The notes under the pieces were generated by a model. The model worked only from the letters and a program-made list of their open reading frames with translations, did no database searches and had not been told where the DNA came from. A stretch of 64,000 bases of DNA from Chrysomallon squamiferum (taxonomy: Eukaryota; Animalia; Mollusca). The stretch is from contig CM022665.1 in assembly GCA_012295275.1 (NCBI GenBank), forward strand, positions 47,368,001 through 47,432,000, in the 5' to 3' direction. A program made the translations under genes and the position numbers. The stretch's first letter is position 1; each line of letters opens with the position of its first letter. Below are positions 62,737 to 64,000 of the stretch, piece after piece.

Positions 62737-63537
62737 GAAATAAAAAACGAAAAAAAAGTGGATTTCGTTTGATTTAATCCTGTTTTCTTTCTTTCGCTTC
62801 GCTAAGTTTTGTGTACACACCTGGGGTTAAATGAGTGGAGGAAAAAAGAAAAAAGAAAAGAAAAAGTTTTCACTCAAACACTAATCTTATGGTAGACTGT
62901 TCGATAACCTTAATTTGTGTTACGTCATAGAGACGTCGCGTCAAGAGTACAAGTGATACAGGCGAAAACATCAGGTGACAGTTACGTAATACACAGCTGG
63001 TGTGTGACGTCATAGAATAAGTAAAGACGGCAGGTTTATTTGCTCAACCAGTAATTATCATGAAGATTTAACAAAATTAACAGATGTACCTACTACCGAC
63101 TGATTCAACGATAACTATTATTATCTTTATTTTTTTAAATGCTTATCATTATTGTTTGTAGTAGTTGTTGTTGTTGTTGTTGTTGTATCCTTTGTCGTCT
63201 CTTTAACAAAACCGATCACATTCAAATAACTAATTAGTTAAGGTTTCCAAATATAAACTTTAAAGTTTATTGCTTCGACAAGTGGAGTAGACTGGTCTTT
63301 AATAATACGACGTGAATACATTGATCAGTTTTGTGATGGATAGCAGGCACACGCTTGTTTAGGGGCATCACCAGATTACGTTGATTATCTTTCTTTCATT
63401 AGCTGCATTTGTCAGATATCAGTTCTGACACTGTCAGTCAAAGTACTGTGTTAGTTACTACTCTGTTATTTTAAACGTTACTTCATTACAAATAAAACCT
63501 GACTGGATTTATAGTGTCTGTGAAACAGACATTACAG

Positions 63538-63586
<49 letters not shown>

Positions 63587-63830
63587 TGGCCAAATCATCT
63601 CTTCATTAACTGGCAGAATATACTTTACACCGTGATCTTCAAACAGTTTGTTCGCTGCACAGTCCCCACTGGACATAACTGTCCTTTGTTGTCAGCTTGC
63701 TGGGGAAACAATAACACGATTCTGCTTTGATGTCTGGACACTCACTGACCACGGTCTTTTGATGTTGATATTTTCTGTAGGTCATTCCAGCTTCTCTCTT
63801 TCCCCCACCTCTCTCTCTCTCTCGCTCTCT

Positions 63831-63875
<45 letters not shown>

Positions 63876-64000
63876 GCTCTCTCTCTCTAGCTCTCTCTCT
63901 CGCTCTCTCACACACTCTCTTTCTTTCTTTCTCTCTCTCTCACACACTCTCTCATTCACACACTCTCTCACACACTCTCTCTCGCTCTCTTTCTCTAGCT

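Overview
This is AT-rich, microsatellite-dense eukaryotic DNA from an invertebrate animal; a mollusc or other lophotrochozoan is a guess from repeat style only. The window holds one complete protein-coding gene, a Sestrin (PA26/SESN family) on the + strand. I assembled 10 coding exons by hand, all with GT-AG junctions and consistent phases: join(8350..8643,26311..26382,35115..35144,37115..37285,37766..37948,38230..38445,38727..38859,39553..39790,40238..40463,40924..41010) = 1650 nt, 549 aa plus stop. The protein keeps the SESN1-long-isoform-like N-terminal extension, the peroxidase Cys motif, the GATOR2-binding DD motif and most leucine-pocket residues, but has Met at the position of human SESN2 W444. 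Other content: a 713-bp non-autonomous hAT-type element with an 8-bp target-site duplication, degenerate SINE-like fragments, many minisatellites and microsatellites, and CpG-retaining islands rich in bZIP, RFX and nuclear-receptor motifs. Nearly all other ORFs in the supplied track are translations of simple repeats. I found no evidence of a wholly new gene system. The most promising leads are regulatory: candidate alternative first exons, an ATF4-like uORF arrangement in the leader, and tandem duplications of the exon 9 splice donor.
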